Part shown: piece after piece, positions 35,641 through 46,047 of the stretch
Layout: each line of letters begins with the position of its first letter
Numbering within the stretch: position 1 is the first letter of the stretch
From: a virus
IMG/VR virus record: IMGVR_UViG_3300045988_166195
Coordinates: 32,001 to 96,000 of that record
Length of the DNA stretch: 64,000 bases
Reading direction: 5' to 3' (one strand)
The notes under the pieces: model-generated
Told to the model about the DNA's origin: nothing
Databases searched by the model: none
What the model saw: the letters and a program-made list of their open reading frames with translations, nothing else
Position numbers and translations under genes: made by a program

Positions 35641-38600
35641 ATGGCTTTCGGACGAAAGAAATCCGGTGGAGCAGCGCCTCGTGAACACGGTAGCCAAGCG
35701 TGGAACCAGTTGGGTAAGCAAGACGAGCTTGACTCGCTGGCCTATCAGGATGTGCACGGCGACCAGCAACTAGAACGTAGCGACATCGAGGCGAAGATCT
35801 CTCCGGTGTCGCGTGAGGTCGCATCGGCTGTTGCCGGTGTGCTTATCTTTATCCTCGTGTGGATGCTGTTCTCGTTCGGCACGATGGGTGTGGCCATGGG
35901 CCGTGACGCTCTGTGGCGTTCGTCTGTTCCGAGCTACGCGGTGCAGAACAAGGCTCTGACGAAGGAGCTGGGCAAGCCTGTGTGGAGCGAAGGGTGTTTC
36001 TCTCCAGCTCTCGAAACAGGTGAGATCGATACGTCCGATGAGACGTGCTATGAAGCTGCTGAGGATGTTCCTGAGCCACAGTGGCACGTGGATGCCGTTG
36101 CAGCAGAACAGGCTGAGCGCGATGTAGAACTAGCGGATCGCCCAAGCGGTGCGATGGGATGGATGCTGTCATTCGATTGGCTGAAGTTCATTGTGTCGTC
36201 GATCGCTGGTCTTGTCGTGTGGGGCTTGCTGCGTATGCGACTGATGCGCAACTTGAAGGCTCAGAACTTGATGCGGGATACGACCGACATCAACCAATAC
36301 AAAAACGACCAGCACGTGGCACTTCCTGAAGAAGTGCGTGAGCGTTTCGATGTGGTGCCTGACGTGGGCGCGCACACAGGTGTAAGTGCGACGACGCTCA
36401 TTTCCCACTCGATGGTCTCGAACAAGGGCATCAAGAAGGTGGCATTTGCGCAGCGAGCAACTGAGGACATTCTCGACGAGGATGGCGATGTGGCTCTGTT
36501 CGAGGGAGAAGCTCTCACGGACGATAACGGCGACGTTGTGACCAAGATGGTGCCGATGTTTGACGAAGAGTTTGGTACAGCTCTGTGGAACGCATCGGGG
36601 CTACCAGATAACAAGCAACTGCGTCGTCGTTTGGATCCTCGAAACGTGCCGTACAACCCAGGGAATGCCAACCGAGACAAGCTCAAGGGTTTCAACACCC
36701 TGGCTGATCTGGTGAACGGTGAGTGGGAACTTCCGATGTATGAGCCGCAGCGTCCTGCTGGCGTCTACTACGTGGATACGGCTCCTGCGAACACCATGAT
36801 CCTAGCTATGACTCGTGCTGGTAAGGGTCAGACGTACATTGAGCCGATGCTCGATATTTGGATGCGTCAGAAGCGCCCGGATAACATGGTGATCAACGAC
36901 CCCAAGGGCGAGCTCTTGGTGAAGAACTATGTTCGTGCCACCATGCGTGGTTTCCAGGTTGTGCAGTTCAACCTCATCAACGCCATGAAGACTGATATTT
37001 ACAACCCGCTTGGAATGGCTGCTGAGGCTGCACGCGAAGGTGATCAAACCAAGTGTGCTCTGTATGTCGAGAACATCGCAGATGTCTTCTTCCCTGTGGA
37101 TGGCGCGGAAGACCCTGTGTGGCCGAACGCTGCGAACAACGCGTTCAAGCGTGCGGCATACGGCCTCATCGATTACTACCTCGAAGAAGAACATCAGCTG
37201 CGTCAGTACGCGATGCGTCACGGTATGGATCAGAAGGTTCTGGAACAGAAACTCGATGCCATGTGGGGTAAGGTGACGCTCTACAACTGCTACCAGTTGT
37301 TCGTGCAGCTCACGAGTAAGAAGCGTAAGTCTCCGATGACTCAGGTGAACGAGCGCATTAAGAGTGGCTACTACGATCAGCAGTCGTCCGATCCTGATGA
37401 AGTCGACGCTCTGATCGAGCACGACAAGATGCAGGCTGAGCGTATTGAGTTCTTGTGGGAAGGTAAGCCGGAATCTGACTTGCTCACCTTGTTCTTCAAC
37501 GCCACTGAGGCGTTGCCTCAGTCGACGATGCGTACGTTGATCGCTAATGCGAACAACGCACTGCGTGCAATGGCTGGAGCTGAGAAGATGCTCGCATCTG
37601 TGTACGGTATTGCTATCACGGCAATGTCGTTCTTCACGGATCCGACGATCTCGACGTTGACCTCTGGTACTCCGTCACAGAACACGGATCTTGGCGGTCT
37701 GTCGTTCCCTCGTCGCTTCGGTGTGCGTTTCGCTCAGAACTTCACCAAGCGAGACGGTCTCATCGGTGCTCAGGCGAAGTGGGATGCGTTCGATGATCCC
37801 GAGTTGAAGCACAACCTGGGTAAGGATTTCGAGCACGAAGACACAGTGGTGCGAGAAGGATGGGCTCGTTATTACTTCGACGGTAAGTTCCCACATGACG
37901 TTGCCTACTTGCGACTGCGTTTGTTCAACCCCCAGACGGGTGTGTTGCTCAAAACGTTCTACTTCCAGTTCACGAAGGGTTACCAGCTCTCGTTGAATGG
38001 TCGTAAGTTCGTCAAGGATCCGATCACGGGTAACAAAATCATCCGTAATGGCGTTCTCGTGGAGATGGTGAAGGGTAAGAACGGGGTTCTTGTTTCTGGT
38101 CACCTGAGTTATCCGGCAACACGTCTGTTGGATAAGGCGGGGAGCCTCAAGACTGTACGAGAGGATGTCCCTGCGATTATCCTGTCGTCGGTTCGTTATT
38201 CGGAGCAGCCGAAGGCTGTGTTCCTGGTGACGCCACCTCACTTGATGAAGTACGCGAAGCTCGTACTGATTCTTGTGAAGCAGTTGGTGGATCTGAACTT
38301 CGATAAGTCGTACATGACGAAGGCGAACCAGAAGCCGCTCTACAAGACGCGCTTCATGCTCGACGAGCTCGGCAACTTGCAGTCCGAGGGTCACGGTATC
38401 TCGGGATTTGAGACCATGCTCTCCATTGGTCTGGGTCAGGAGCAGCAATTCACGCTGATTCTTCAGACGTTGCAGCAGGCTCGTGACGTTTACGGGGACA
38501 GCGTAGACAAGATCATTCAGGGAAACGTTGCCAATATCGTCTTCTTGAAGTCGACGGATGACACGATGATTGAGACGTTGGCCAAGATGTCCGGTACTCG

Positions 38601-39687
38601 CCACCGTGCGGTGCGAGACTCTAAGACGGTGACTCAGGATACTGAGCGTCTCATCGAAGGTCTGAACGTTGAGGGCAAAGTGTCGTACACGATCAGCGCG
38701 AAGGAAGAAAGTGTCATTGGGTACAACGATCTGGCATTCTTGCCGGAACGTAACTCGATCATCTTTTCGGCAGGCATCTCGCCTATCTGGAACCGCAATG
38801 CGGAGATTCTTCCTATGTCGTGGCGCTTGTTCAGCAACACGATCAAGCATCCGGGCCGCGAGTACTCACTTCAGACGATTCCGACTCTCTCGTCGGCGCT
38901 TGATTTCGATGTGCGTCTTAACCAGCCGAACTTCATGAAGATGCTGGATAAGCGCATCGAGCAAGCCGCGAATGCGGCTGAGGCGATGGAGTTGTACCAG
39001 GAGGCATACGATCTGGATGATTATGGCATCTCGATCCTGGATCCCGATGTGTACTCGGCTGAGGTCATGGATCTCATTGCCTCGATCGAGGAAGAGCGCA
39101 GGGGCCACGACATGGAGAACGAAGAGTACGACATGGACAGTGACGAGGCTCTACGTGCTCAGTTGGGATCTGGCTACGATATGTTCAACGAGGCTGACGA
39201 GATTAACGAAGATGTCCGCGAGGATCTTGCTGCTCGTCAGGAGATGTTGGCCGATCGAGCGAAGATGCGCTACGCGGAAGGTCAGATCAGCCGTGAGCAT
39301 CTGATGAGTGAGAGTGGACAGGTGTTGCACCATCTCGATGGTGACATCGTTGCTGCGTATCGTGAAGCGAAGCACGCAATGGTGGATGACGTTCGGTTCT
39401 TCCGAACAGACGAGAACGGTTCGCTGTGCTCGCTGGATGGAAAGGTCTACATCAGCCAGGGTGTGTCGAGCGATGAGCTGCGTACTCTCCAAACCGCATC
39501 GTCCGATGAGACGAGCGGTGTGTATGCGGATGATGAGTCGATCTCTGAGATCGCGGACCTGGGTTCGTGGCGAGTCCATGATGCGTTCTATAGGTTCTTG
39601 CACGGCCTGGAGTCGTGGGAGGATCTCGGCGGAGGCACTTTCGATCGCGCTATTGCACGAGTGTTCGAACGTCGAGAGAACGAGTGA
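35641..39687 (+). CDS. Type IV coupling protein (VirD4/TraG family) with a long C-terminal extension
   Basis: Two N-terminal TM helices (VAGVLIFILVWMLFSFGTMGV and FIVSSIAGLVVWGLLRM). TraG/VirD4 P-loop region MILAMTRAGKGQTYIEPMLDIWMRQKRPDNMVINDPKGEL (compare APTRSGKGVG...DPKGE). Walker B-like RFMLDELGNL. About 1350 aa. The C-terminal roughly 450 aa are acidic and not assignable. The start could be GTG 35632. Confidence 0.7.
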   Translation: MAFGRKKSGGAAPREHGSQAWNQLGKQDELDSLAYQDVHGDQQLERSDIEAKISPVSREVASAVAGVLIFILVWMLFSFGTMGVAMGRDALWRSSVPSYAVQNKALTKELGKPVWSEGCFSPALETGEIDTSDETCYEAAEDVPEPQWHVDAVAAEQAERDVELADRPSGAMGWMLSFDWLKFIVSSIAGLVVWGLLRMRLMRNLKAQNLMRDTTDINQYKNDQHVALPEEVRERFDVVPDVGAHTGVSATTLISHSMVSNKGIKKVAFAQRATEDILDEDGDVALFEGEALTDDNGDVVTKMVPMFDEEFGTALWNASGLPDNKQLRRRLDPRNVPYNPGNANRDKLKGFNTLADLVNGEWELPMYEPQRPAGVYYVDTAPANTMILAMTRAGKGQTYIEPMLDIWMRQKRPDNMVINDPKGELLVKNYVRATMRGFQVVQFNLINAMKTDIYNPLGMAAEAAREGDQTKCALYVENIADVFFPVDGAEDPVWPNAANNAFKRAAYGLIDYYLEEEHQLRQYAMRHGMDQKVLEQKLDAMWGKVTLYNCYQLFVQLTSKKRKSPMTQVNERIKSGYYDQQSSDPDEVDALIEHDKMQAERIEFLWEGKPESDLLTLFFNATEALPQSTMRTLIANANNALRAMAGAEKMLASVYGIAITAMSFFTDPTISTLTSGTPSQNTDLGGLSFPRRFGVRFAQNFTKRDGLIGAQAKWDAFDDPELKHNLGKDFEHEDTVVREGWARYYFDGKFPHDVAYLRLRLFNPQTGVLLKTFYFQFTKGYQLSLNGRKFVKDPITGNKIIRNGVLVEMVKGKNGVLVSGHLSYPATRLLDKAGSLKTVREDVPAIILSSVRYSEQPKAVFLVTPPHLMKYAKLVLILVKQLVDLNFDKSYMTKANQKPLYKTRFMLDELGNLQSEGHGISGFETMLSIGLGQEQQFTLILQTLQQARDVYGDSVDKIIQGNVANIVFLKSTDDTMIETLAKMSGTRHRAVRDSKTVTQDTERLIEGLNVEGKVSYTISAKEESVIGYNDLAFLPERNSIIFSAGISPIWNRNAEILPMSWRLFSNTIKHPGREYSLQTIPTLSSALDFDVRLNQPNFMKMLDKRIEQAANAAEAMELYQEAYDLDDYGISILDPDVYSAEVMDLIASIEEERRGHDMENEEYDMDSDEALRAQLGSGYDMFNEADEINEDVREDLAARQEMLADRAKMRYAEGQISREHLMSESGQVLHHLDGDIVAAYREAKHAMVDDVRFFRTDENGSLCSLDGKVYISQGVSSDELRTLQTASSDETSGVYADDESISEIADLGSWRVHDAFYRFLHGLESWEDLGGGTFDRAIARVFERRENE

Positions 39688-39702
39688 TTGACGTATTACC
39701 AT

Positions 39703-39740
39703 ACACAGAGGGGGTAACTAATTAGTTACCCCCTCTGTGT
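39703..39740. terminator. Perfect palindromic hairpin serving as a bidirectional terminator between convergent genes
   Basis: ACACAGAGGGGGTAACTA-at-TAGTTACCCCCTCTGTGT, an 18-bp perfect stem. Confidence 0.55.
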
Positions 39741-39758
39741 ATTCAGCAGTGTGCAACA

Positions 39759-40400
39759 CTATTGCTGAAGCTTGATTCTCCCGGAGCAGTACGGGCAACC
39801 AGTCTTTTTGGTGGTGCGGCTATACGGTGTTGCCTTCCACGTATGAGAGGGGTTTATGGGGCACTGCCATAGCACGGACACGTCCGATCCTGGTTTAAGA
39901 GTGGTAGCGAGAGATTGATCGATGAGTTGTTCGGCCAAGTCTGGATGTGTAGTTGCCAAGTCGCTTTGACCAGAGACGGCACGGCGACCTGAGCATTGAG
40001 GGCAGCGCGTTCCTTGGCGTGCGACGTTGCTGAGCGGAGCAGTCCAGTGATCGTGCATAGGGTTACCGCACCAGAACTCAACTTTCTTGTTGGAAGAGCC
40101 GGTGAGCTTTGTTTGTAGGCTCGTATCGACCATGAGAGCAGCAGCTTCGGGATGAGTGGTGGCAACGTCGTTGACACCGGGGATCACAGTCTTGCCATTA
40201 CATACGCTGCATCCGGTGGGGTTTTTCGCGTTCGTACGGTTCATAGGGCTGGCCCACCACACGTGACGAGAGTCAACGGGGCAGCGCCATTGGACCTTCT
40301 TGTCTGAACCGCGAGCGATAGATCTTAGGGATTGGTCCACAAGCTGGTCAGCAAGGGCGGGGTTGAACTGCTCAAGGGTCTGAGATGGTTTTCTTGGCAT
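39759..40400 (-). CDS. Triple zinc-ribbon repeat protein (DUF4379-type probable zinc-ribbon domains)
   Basis: Three repeats of about 65 aa with the pattern LAxQLxDQSL...GSxxxVxWxCPxxxxHxWxAxPxxRT.....GCxxCxG.....GxNDxATTHP. 12 Cys/His ligand positions are conserved. GGAG-like Shine-Dalgarno (aggagaaccgccATG on the minus strand). Confidence 0.55.
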   Translation of the reverse strand: MPRKPSQTLEQFNPALADQLVDQSLRSIARGSDKKVQWRCPVDSRHVWWASPMNRTNAKNPTGCSVCNGKTVIPGVNDVATTHPEAAALMVDTSLQTKLTGSSNKKVEFWCGNPMHDHWTAPLSNVARQGTRCPQCSGRRAVSGQSDLATTHPDLAEQLIDQSLATTLKPGSDVSVLWQCPINPSHTWKATPYSRTTKKTGCPYCSGRIKLQQ

Positions 40401-40580
40401 GGCGGTTCTCCTGATTCTATTAGGGGTTGTTTGTATTATTCAGTGTATCATAAATAGTCGGTTATATGTATGCGGGTTCCCTTGTGTTTCCAGTCGAAAT
40501 GCGGGTTTTTGTCGGGTAGAATGGAGGGCGTAATACCCGATCGATCCAGTGGATCGAAACTCCAGGAAGGAGAATGCGTT

Positions 40581-43500
40581 ATGCAAACGCGCAATGCCGG
40601 ACTCCGGCGTTACATGTACGAGCATATGATCGCTCGCACAATCAATCGAACCTCGGAGATCACGAAGACTCCGATTCTTGTATCTCAGGGTCGACGCCTG
40701 AGGGATCTCATGGAAGAGCGTCTCAATGAACAGGGTCGTTCTTTCAACGATGGTGATCTACCTGTTACCGATGCGCTGGATGCTATCCAGAGCATCATGG
40801 AAGAGCATGTTCCCGGATACAAGCCTTTGTTCCAGCCTGCCGATACATCGAGTAAGGGCTACAAGGTTCTATATGAAGAGTTCAGGAACATGGTCGGTCT
40901 GAATGGCTCTGCTGGCGCGGCTGGTCCGCGTCTGCCGATTTCTCCGTATGATCCCCGGTGGGGGAGCCGTCGCACTGTGAAGCAGGCTGGGACCTCTATC
41001 CTGTACGTGCTCGATGGCGACATCGCCGCATACGCAGACGGTAAGCCAAGCAACATCGAGAAAGCGACGACCTCAGAACTTACTCTGTACCGCTTGACTG
41101 ATGAAGGGAAGGCCAAAGAGGCAGGCCGCGCTCTCAGCCTTGATGATGTCTCGGGTCTCACCGAGCTCATGGGTCGCATGTCGACGGCTGAGTACAACGA
41201 GGTTCGTCAGTGGGTGCTGGACGGTGCTCGCAACCCTGAAACGGGGCGCTACAACGCCCGTCAGTTCATGAGCACTGATGCATTGGCTCGTTCCCGAGCT
41301 GTGCTGGACATGCTCGCAGAAGAGGGCATTCCGTACACGATCGAGAAGGATCTTCGCCCTGGTCAGATCCGTGCGCGTTTGACGGGTACGAATATGACGG
41401 TGCGCCTGACTGACACCCGAGACAAAGAGCAGTGGGTGGGTCGTGTCTACGACAACGGTGCAACTCTGTACTTCTCCACGACGGCTCGTCGAGACAACAA
41501 GCAGGTGGCCTACACGCCAACTGTTGACGAGGTGTGCGACCTCGTGCGTGTTGCGCTGGGTCGACCAGTGGAGCGCAAGGATGGTAAGGGCCTCGTGGGC
41601 CGAGTGGGCGAGCGTCAGACCAGCAAGGGTAAGACGGTTCAAGAGTCGTATCTCTCCACTGGAACACTGACGAGTGCGTACAAGGACATGCCCGGTATGA
41701 ACGGTGAGCAGATCGTGATTCGTCGTCAGATGAAGGAGCGTTCTGCGTCTTCGCGGTTCTTTGCCGATACGCCCGAAGGTCGTGAACAGGCATCCGGTTT
41801 CATTACCGGTGCTGTGCACAGCGCTCGTCACAATGTGATTGAGCAGCTCGATGTCGATGGTCTGATCCAGCAGTTCCGCGATCACGAGGATGCTGCCCGT
41901 GAGGGTACGTACATCCCTATGCTGTCTGGTGATCCTGATCTTGCGGCGGTTGGCCGCGCGTACTGGGATGTGCTTCGTGGCGCTGAGACAACTCTGCTGA
42001 AGCCTGAGGCTACGCGAGCTGAGTACGCTGAGGCGACGGGTCTGCTTGACGACATGGATCAAGAGAGCGATCTGTCGGGCGTTCACGACATGCTGGCCGG
42101 TTCCGTGGCGTACACGGGTACCCCGGAAGAACGTGTTCGTGCGCATCTTCGGGATCTTCTCGATACCCAGATCGGTATCGATGAGCCTATCGACTCTGAT
42201 GACTTCGTGTTCGATCCAGTGCGCGTTGCTCGTTACATGACGAGTGAACACGGCCAGTGGCGTAACAACGATGATCTCGTGGCTGCTATGCGCAGCGTTG
42301 GTATGCCTCAGGAGAAGATCGTCGGGGAGTCGTTCTATTCCAACACGTTCCGCGATCGACTGATCACCTTCGATGAGTCCACGGCTTTGCCGATGGAGAC
42401 GGTCGAAGATGAGTTCACTCAGTCGATGCTTCAGGTTGTGTCTGACACGCTGGAGTCCTGCGCTGTGACGCCTGGTTCTATCCGCGTCGACGCCAACGGC
42501 GTTGTGGAGTGGACGGGCTCCATCATGCGCTCGCAGACAGGTAAGGAAGAGCCCGTGAGCGGTACGATCGGACAGATCTTTGCTCGCGGTGAGAACGGTG
42601 AGATCATCACACGGTTCAATTCCGGTAACGATCTGATGATCGTGCCTGGTTTTGACGCACGTGTGGTGGCACAGAAGCCTGGAGAGAACAAGTCCCTCGA
42701 AGAGCGCACCCGGCTGATCGGTTACGAGCAGCAGATGAGTGACGCGATTCGATACCGAGTTCAGGCTGATGTGCTCTCAGGTCGTTCTCGTGTGGGTGAA
42801 CCCGCCTCGTTGAACAGTGTGTACCGTCGTCTGTCGGATACGCGCCATCGCGCGGATCACTACGAGCGCGCTCTCGAAGAGGGTATGGATCGGAAGATCC
42901 TTGATGCCATTCTTGCTACCGAAGCGCGTCGTGTGCGTTACCCGAACGCTTTGCGTGATGGGTCGACGATCGACGCTGACTTCCGTGCATCTCGTGCTCG
43001 GGAACAGGGTATTGGTGGCGATCCGGCCAACGACACGACCATGGATCCGTGGGTGTTGACCGGCGGTCGCAACATGTCGTTGCTCAGCGAAGAAGCCGAT
43101 GGCTACTTCGATCCGATCATGACATCGGGCGGTGTGAACCAGGGCGTGACTCGTTATCTGGTGTCCGGTGCGCAGGTGAATCCTGATGGATCGATCGTAC
43201 GTTCTGATAAGAACGACCGTGCACCGCTGATGTTGACTGAGCAGGCTCAGCTCATGAGCTACGATCCGTTCGATCGTCAGCAGATGACGACTTCTAATCT
43301 CATGAACGCATCGTCTGTGACGAAGCCTGTGGGCACGGCGTTCATGACTGCTGGTGGTTGGACGATGGAGGACTCCATCGTTGTCTCGGCTGACTTTGCC
43401 AAGCAGTACCGCGTTCGCGGCACTGACGGTCAGATGCGCGATCTCATCGTTGGTGACAAGATCTCCGATATGCACGGCAACAAGGGTGTTATCTCGCTCA

Positions 43501-46031
43501 TTGTTGATCGCAATGCCGATCTGTCTCCTGATGAGATTGAAGAGTTGCATGGATCGACTGACATGATGACGCTTTTCCGGGAGAATCCGGGTTTGGATGT
43601 CGTCATGGCACCGTTCAGCGCTGTGTCTCGTTTCAACGGCGGCTCGGCACGTGAGGCGATGCGGCAAACGTCTGCGCTTCATCTGCCAAACGGCACAACC
43701 GTTGAGGCAGGTATTGGTCAGGTGTCGTTTATCGGCACGCATATGACCGTGGATGCGAAGACGGCTGCATACGATGAAGCTGCGATCCGAGCTGGACAAG
43801 GTCGTAAGGCGTCGTCTCAGCTTGCATGGGCCTTGCAGTCCCAGGGCTGCGATAAGGTGTTGGGGCAGATGTATGGTGGCAACCTGCAAGCTCTTGCGCA
43901 GCTGCGTGAAATGGCTCTGGTGTGCGGTTTGGACATCGAGCCTGATGGCACCTTGCGCGATGGTCATGATGATCTTGCTGTTGGTGGGCAGCGCCGTCTC
44001 ATCGAGATGGGCGATGTGCCGCTGACTGAACGTGGATCGTTCGACGTGCGTCGCGTTCGTAACGATTTCGCGTCGCTGATTGGTGACGCTGGTGGTGACA
44101 TGGAGATTCCGTTCCCGCTGACGATGCCAACGGGCGCTCGTACGCCTCATGCAACAGACACCACCTGGCGTGTGCCGGTGCTGAGTTCGCATCTGCGATC
44201 GGGCCAGGATCTGGATGACGGTACGTCGACGGTCCATGATTACACGTATCGTTACCTTGCGATCCGTGAATGGTCGCTGCGCTACAAGCATGCGGCTGAT
44301 CGCGCTGCGTCTGGTGAGCTGACGGGTAAGGAGCTTTCCGATGCTCGTCGAACGATGGCTGAGGCTATGCACCGTGCGCAGACGGCTTACGATGGCATTG
44401 CGCAAGACATCATGCGTCGCCGGTTTACCGGCAAGCGCAATGTCTTCAAGGAAGGTCTCATGGCTTCGCGTCTGCCGCACTCGGCTACCGCTGTGTGGAC
44501 GGGTGATCCTCGCTTGGACATCGACCAGGTTGGTGTTGGCCCGGAGCTGGCGAAGAAACTACACTTGCGCGATGGTGACTACGCGCTTGTGTGGCGTGAT
44601 CCTGTTCTGCGTGATGCGGGTGTCCGTTACATGCGTGTTGCGATCGATGACCGTCTCACGGGTGTGAGTGTGAATCCAAACATGGTCAAGTGCTTCGACG
44701 GCGACTTCGACGGTGACTCTGTGGCTGTTGTGAAGCTGGGTGATGGTCCGGCACATGAGCAAGCGCTGGAGCGTCTGACTGTCGAGGCTAACCTCATCGA
44801 TCTCGGTCAGAGCATGGACGACGAGGGTCGTTACCCTCTTGCGATGCACAACGCGCTCGATGTGAAGGTGTCGCAGCACTACGACTCTCGTCATGCGGAT
44901 GCGATGGATGAGGTTCATCAGCGCGCCAACGATGCGTACTACGATCTGACTGAAGGGGATGCTACTCGTGAGCAGTTCCTGGAGGCGGGTCGTGATGTCG
45001 TTGATGCAGCGTCGTATATGTACCGTGATGCGCTTCAGCATCAGTACGGTGAGGCTGTGTTGTCGTTTGGTTCCGTTCAGGAGCACATGAAGTCTGTGGC
45101 GGCTGCGTGTATTGAGACGGGAGCTAAAGGCTCGCCTAAGAAGATGCTGGATTACGCTCGGTACATCGGCTATGACCCTGAGAACCAGGTGGATCTGGTG
45201 ACCACGTGTGTGACTCGTGGGGAACAGCAGGGCACCATGTTTGCGACGGCTGTGAAGTCGTTTGGTACCGGTGTTGCCGGTACGTTCTCGCAGCGTGGTG
45301 TGCGAGCTCTTCGTAACGATGAGCTCAAGGCTGTGTTGGAGCTGACCTACCCGGTGACGCAGAGTATTTTGCAGGCTAAGCACGACCCTGTGGATGCTCG
45401 TCATCGCTATGAGTTGCTGATGGGTCCGGCGCGAAGCTTGTGGCGTGGTCAGATGATTGCACAGGATGCCAACGGTGTGTGGAACACTGTGACGGATGAC
45501 GATCATAAGCCGGTTCAGGCTACCAAGGATCAGTGGGTCGCTGTGTTCTCGCAGTTCTATGGCGATGATGGTCTGGGTGTGGCTGTGAACAGTGACAACA
45601 TCACGAAGGTTGCAAATGCGCTCAGCGATAGCAACGGGGTGATGGTGAATCTGGAGGACGAGAAGGTCATTGAACAGCTCGCTTCTCCGATGGATCGTCT
45701 GGCTTACGGCGGTGACTTCACCACGATGCAAGCTCTGGCTGAGACTCGGGCAAACTTGTTCGAGGGTCGGTGGAACGTTACGTTTGCACCAGCTCGTGTG
45801 CGTGAGGTGCTGGAGGCTGATGTGGAGACGCAAGCTGAGGCACCGGTGATCGCCATGGAAGACACTGTGGCTCGCGTGGACCGTGATGAGAAGATCGGTC
45901 GACGTAAGTCGACATCGTGGGCTGTCCCAGTTCGCTCGAACACGGGTGCCAGCGCAGCTGAGCGTTACGGTTTGACGACACAAGACAACAGTGAGACAGA
46001 CAAGTCTGTCGATGATGGTTTCGAGCTGTAA
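40581..46031 (+). CDS. Giant single-chain RNA polymerase-like protein: RpoB-like module followed by RpoC-like module (YonO-like mobile-element RNAP family), ending in ...KSVDDGFEL
   Basis: AGGAAGGAGAA Shine-Dalgarno then ATG 40581 (MQTRNAG). Beta-like module: AFMTAGGWTMEDSIVVS (compare RpoB AFMPWNGYNFEDSILVS), GDKISDMHGNKGVISLIV (RpoB GDKMAGRHGNKGVISKI), DVVMAPFSAVSRFNGGSAREAM (RpoB [20 protein letters not shown]), SSQLAWALQSQG (RpoB GEMEVWALEAYG). Beta-prime-like module: LVWRDPVLRDAGVRYMRV (RpoC LLNRAPTLHRLGIQAF), VKCFDGDFDGDSVAVV (RpoC NADFDGDQMAVH, the Mg-binding aspartates), TGAKGSPKKMLDYARYIGY (RpoC SGARGS...RGLM). The E. coli sequences are from memory. The antisense ORFs inside it are shadows. 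Confidence 0.75.
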   Translation: MQTRNAGLRRYMYEHMIARTINRTSEITKTPILVSQGRRLRDLMEERLNEQGRSFNDGDLPVTDALDAIQSIMEEHVPGYKPLFQPADTSSKGYKVLYEEFRNMVGLNGSAGAAGPRLPISPYDPRWGSRRTVKQAGTSILYVLDGDIAAYADGKPSNIEKATTSELTLYRLTDEGKAKEAGRALSLDDVSGLTELMGRMSTAEYNEVRQWVLDGARNPETGRYNARQFMSTDALARSRAVLDMLAEEGIPYTIEKDLRPGQIRARLTGTNMTVRLTDTRDKEQWVGRVYDNGATLYFSTTARRDNKQVAYTPTVDEVCDLVRVALGRPVERKDGKGLVGRVGERQTSKGKTVQESYLSTGTLTSAYKDMPGMNGEQIVIRRQMKERSASSRFFADTPEGREQASGFITGAVHSARHNVIEQLDVDGLIQQFRDHEDAAREGTYIPMLSGDPDLAAVGRAYWDVLRGAETTLLKPEATRAEYAEATGLLDDMDQESDLSGVHDMLAGSVAYTGTPEERVRAHLRDLLDTQIGIDEPIDSDDFVFDPVRVARYMTSEHGQWRNNDDLVAAMRSVGMPQEKIVGESFYSNTFRDRLITFDESTALPMETVEDEFTQSMLQVVSDTLESCAVTPGSIRVDANGVVEWTGSIMRSQTGKEEPVSGTIGQIFARGENGEIITRFNSGNDLMIVPGFDARVVAQKPGENKSLEERTRLIGYEQQMSDAIRYRVQADVLSGRSRVGEPASLNSVYRRLSDTRHRADHYERALEEGMDRKILDAILATEARRVRYPNALRDGSTIDADFRASRAREQGIGGDPANDTTMDPWVLTGGRNMSLLSEEADGYFDPIMTSGGVNQGVTRYLVSGAQVNPDGSIVRSDKNDRAPLMLTEQAQLMSYDPFDRQQMTTSNLMNASSVTKPVGTAFMTAGGWTMEDSIVVSADFAKQYRVRGTDGQMRDLIVGDKISDMHGNKGVISLIVDRNADLSPDEIEELHGSTDMMTLFRENPGLDVVMAPFSAVSRFNGGSAREAMRQTSALHLPNGTTVEAGIGQVSFIGTHMTVDAKTAAYDEAAIRAGQGRKASSQLAWALQSQGCDKVLGQMYGGNLQALAQLREMALVCGLDIEPDGTLRDGHDDLAVGGQRRLIEMGDVPLTERGSFDVRRVRNDFASLIGDAGGDMEIPFPLTMPTGARTPHATDTTWRVPVLSSHLRSGQDLDDGTSTVHDYTYRYLAIREWSLRYKHAADRAASGELTGKELSDARRTMAEAMHRAQTAYDGIAQDIMRRRFTGKRNVFKEGLMASRLPHSATAVWTGDPRLDIDQVGVGPELAKKLHLRDGDYALVWRDPVLRDAGVRYMRVAIDDRLTGVSVNPNMVKCFDGDFDGDSVAVVKLGDGPAHEQALERLTVEANLIDLGQSMDDEGRYPLAMHNALDVKVSQHYDSRHADAMDEVHQRANDAYYDLTEGDATREQFLEAGRDVVDAASYMYRDALQHQYGEAVLSFGSVQEHMKSVAAACIETGAKGSPKKMLDYARYIGYDPENQVDLVTTCVTRGEQQGTMFATAVKSFGTGVAGTFSQRGVRALRNDELKAVLELTYPVTQSILQAKHDPVDARHRYELLMGPARSLWRGQMIAQDANGVWNTVTDDDHKPVQATKDQWVAVFSQFYGDDGLGVAVNSDNITKVANALSDSNGVMVNLEDEKVIEQLASPMDRLAYGGDFTTMQALAETRANLFEGRWNVTFAPARVREVLEADVETQAEAPVIAMEDTVARVDRDEKIGRRKSTSWAVPVRSNTGASAAERYGLTTQDNSETDKSVDDGFEL

Positions 46032-46047
46032 GACTCGGTGAGAGGGG

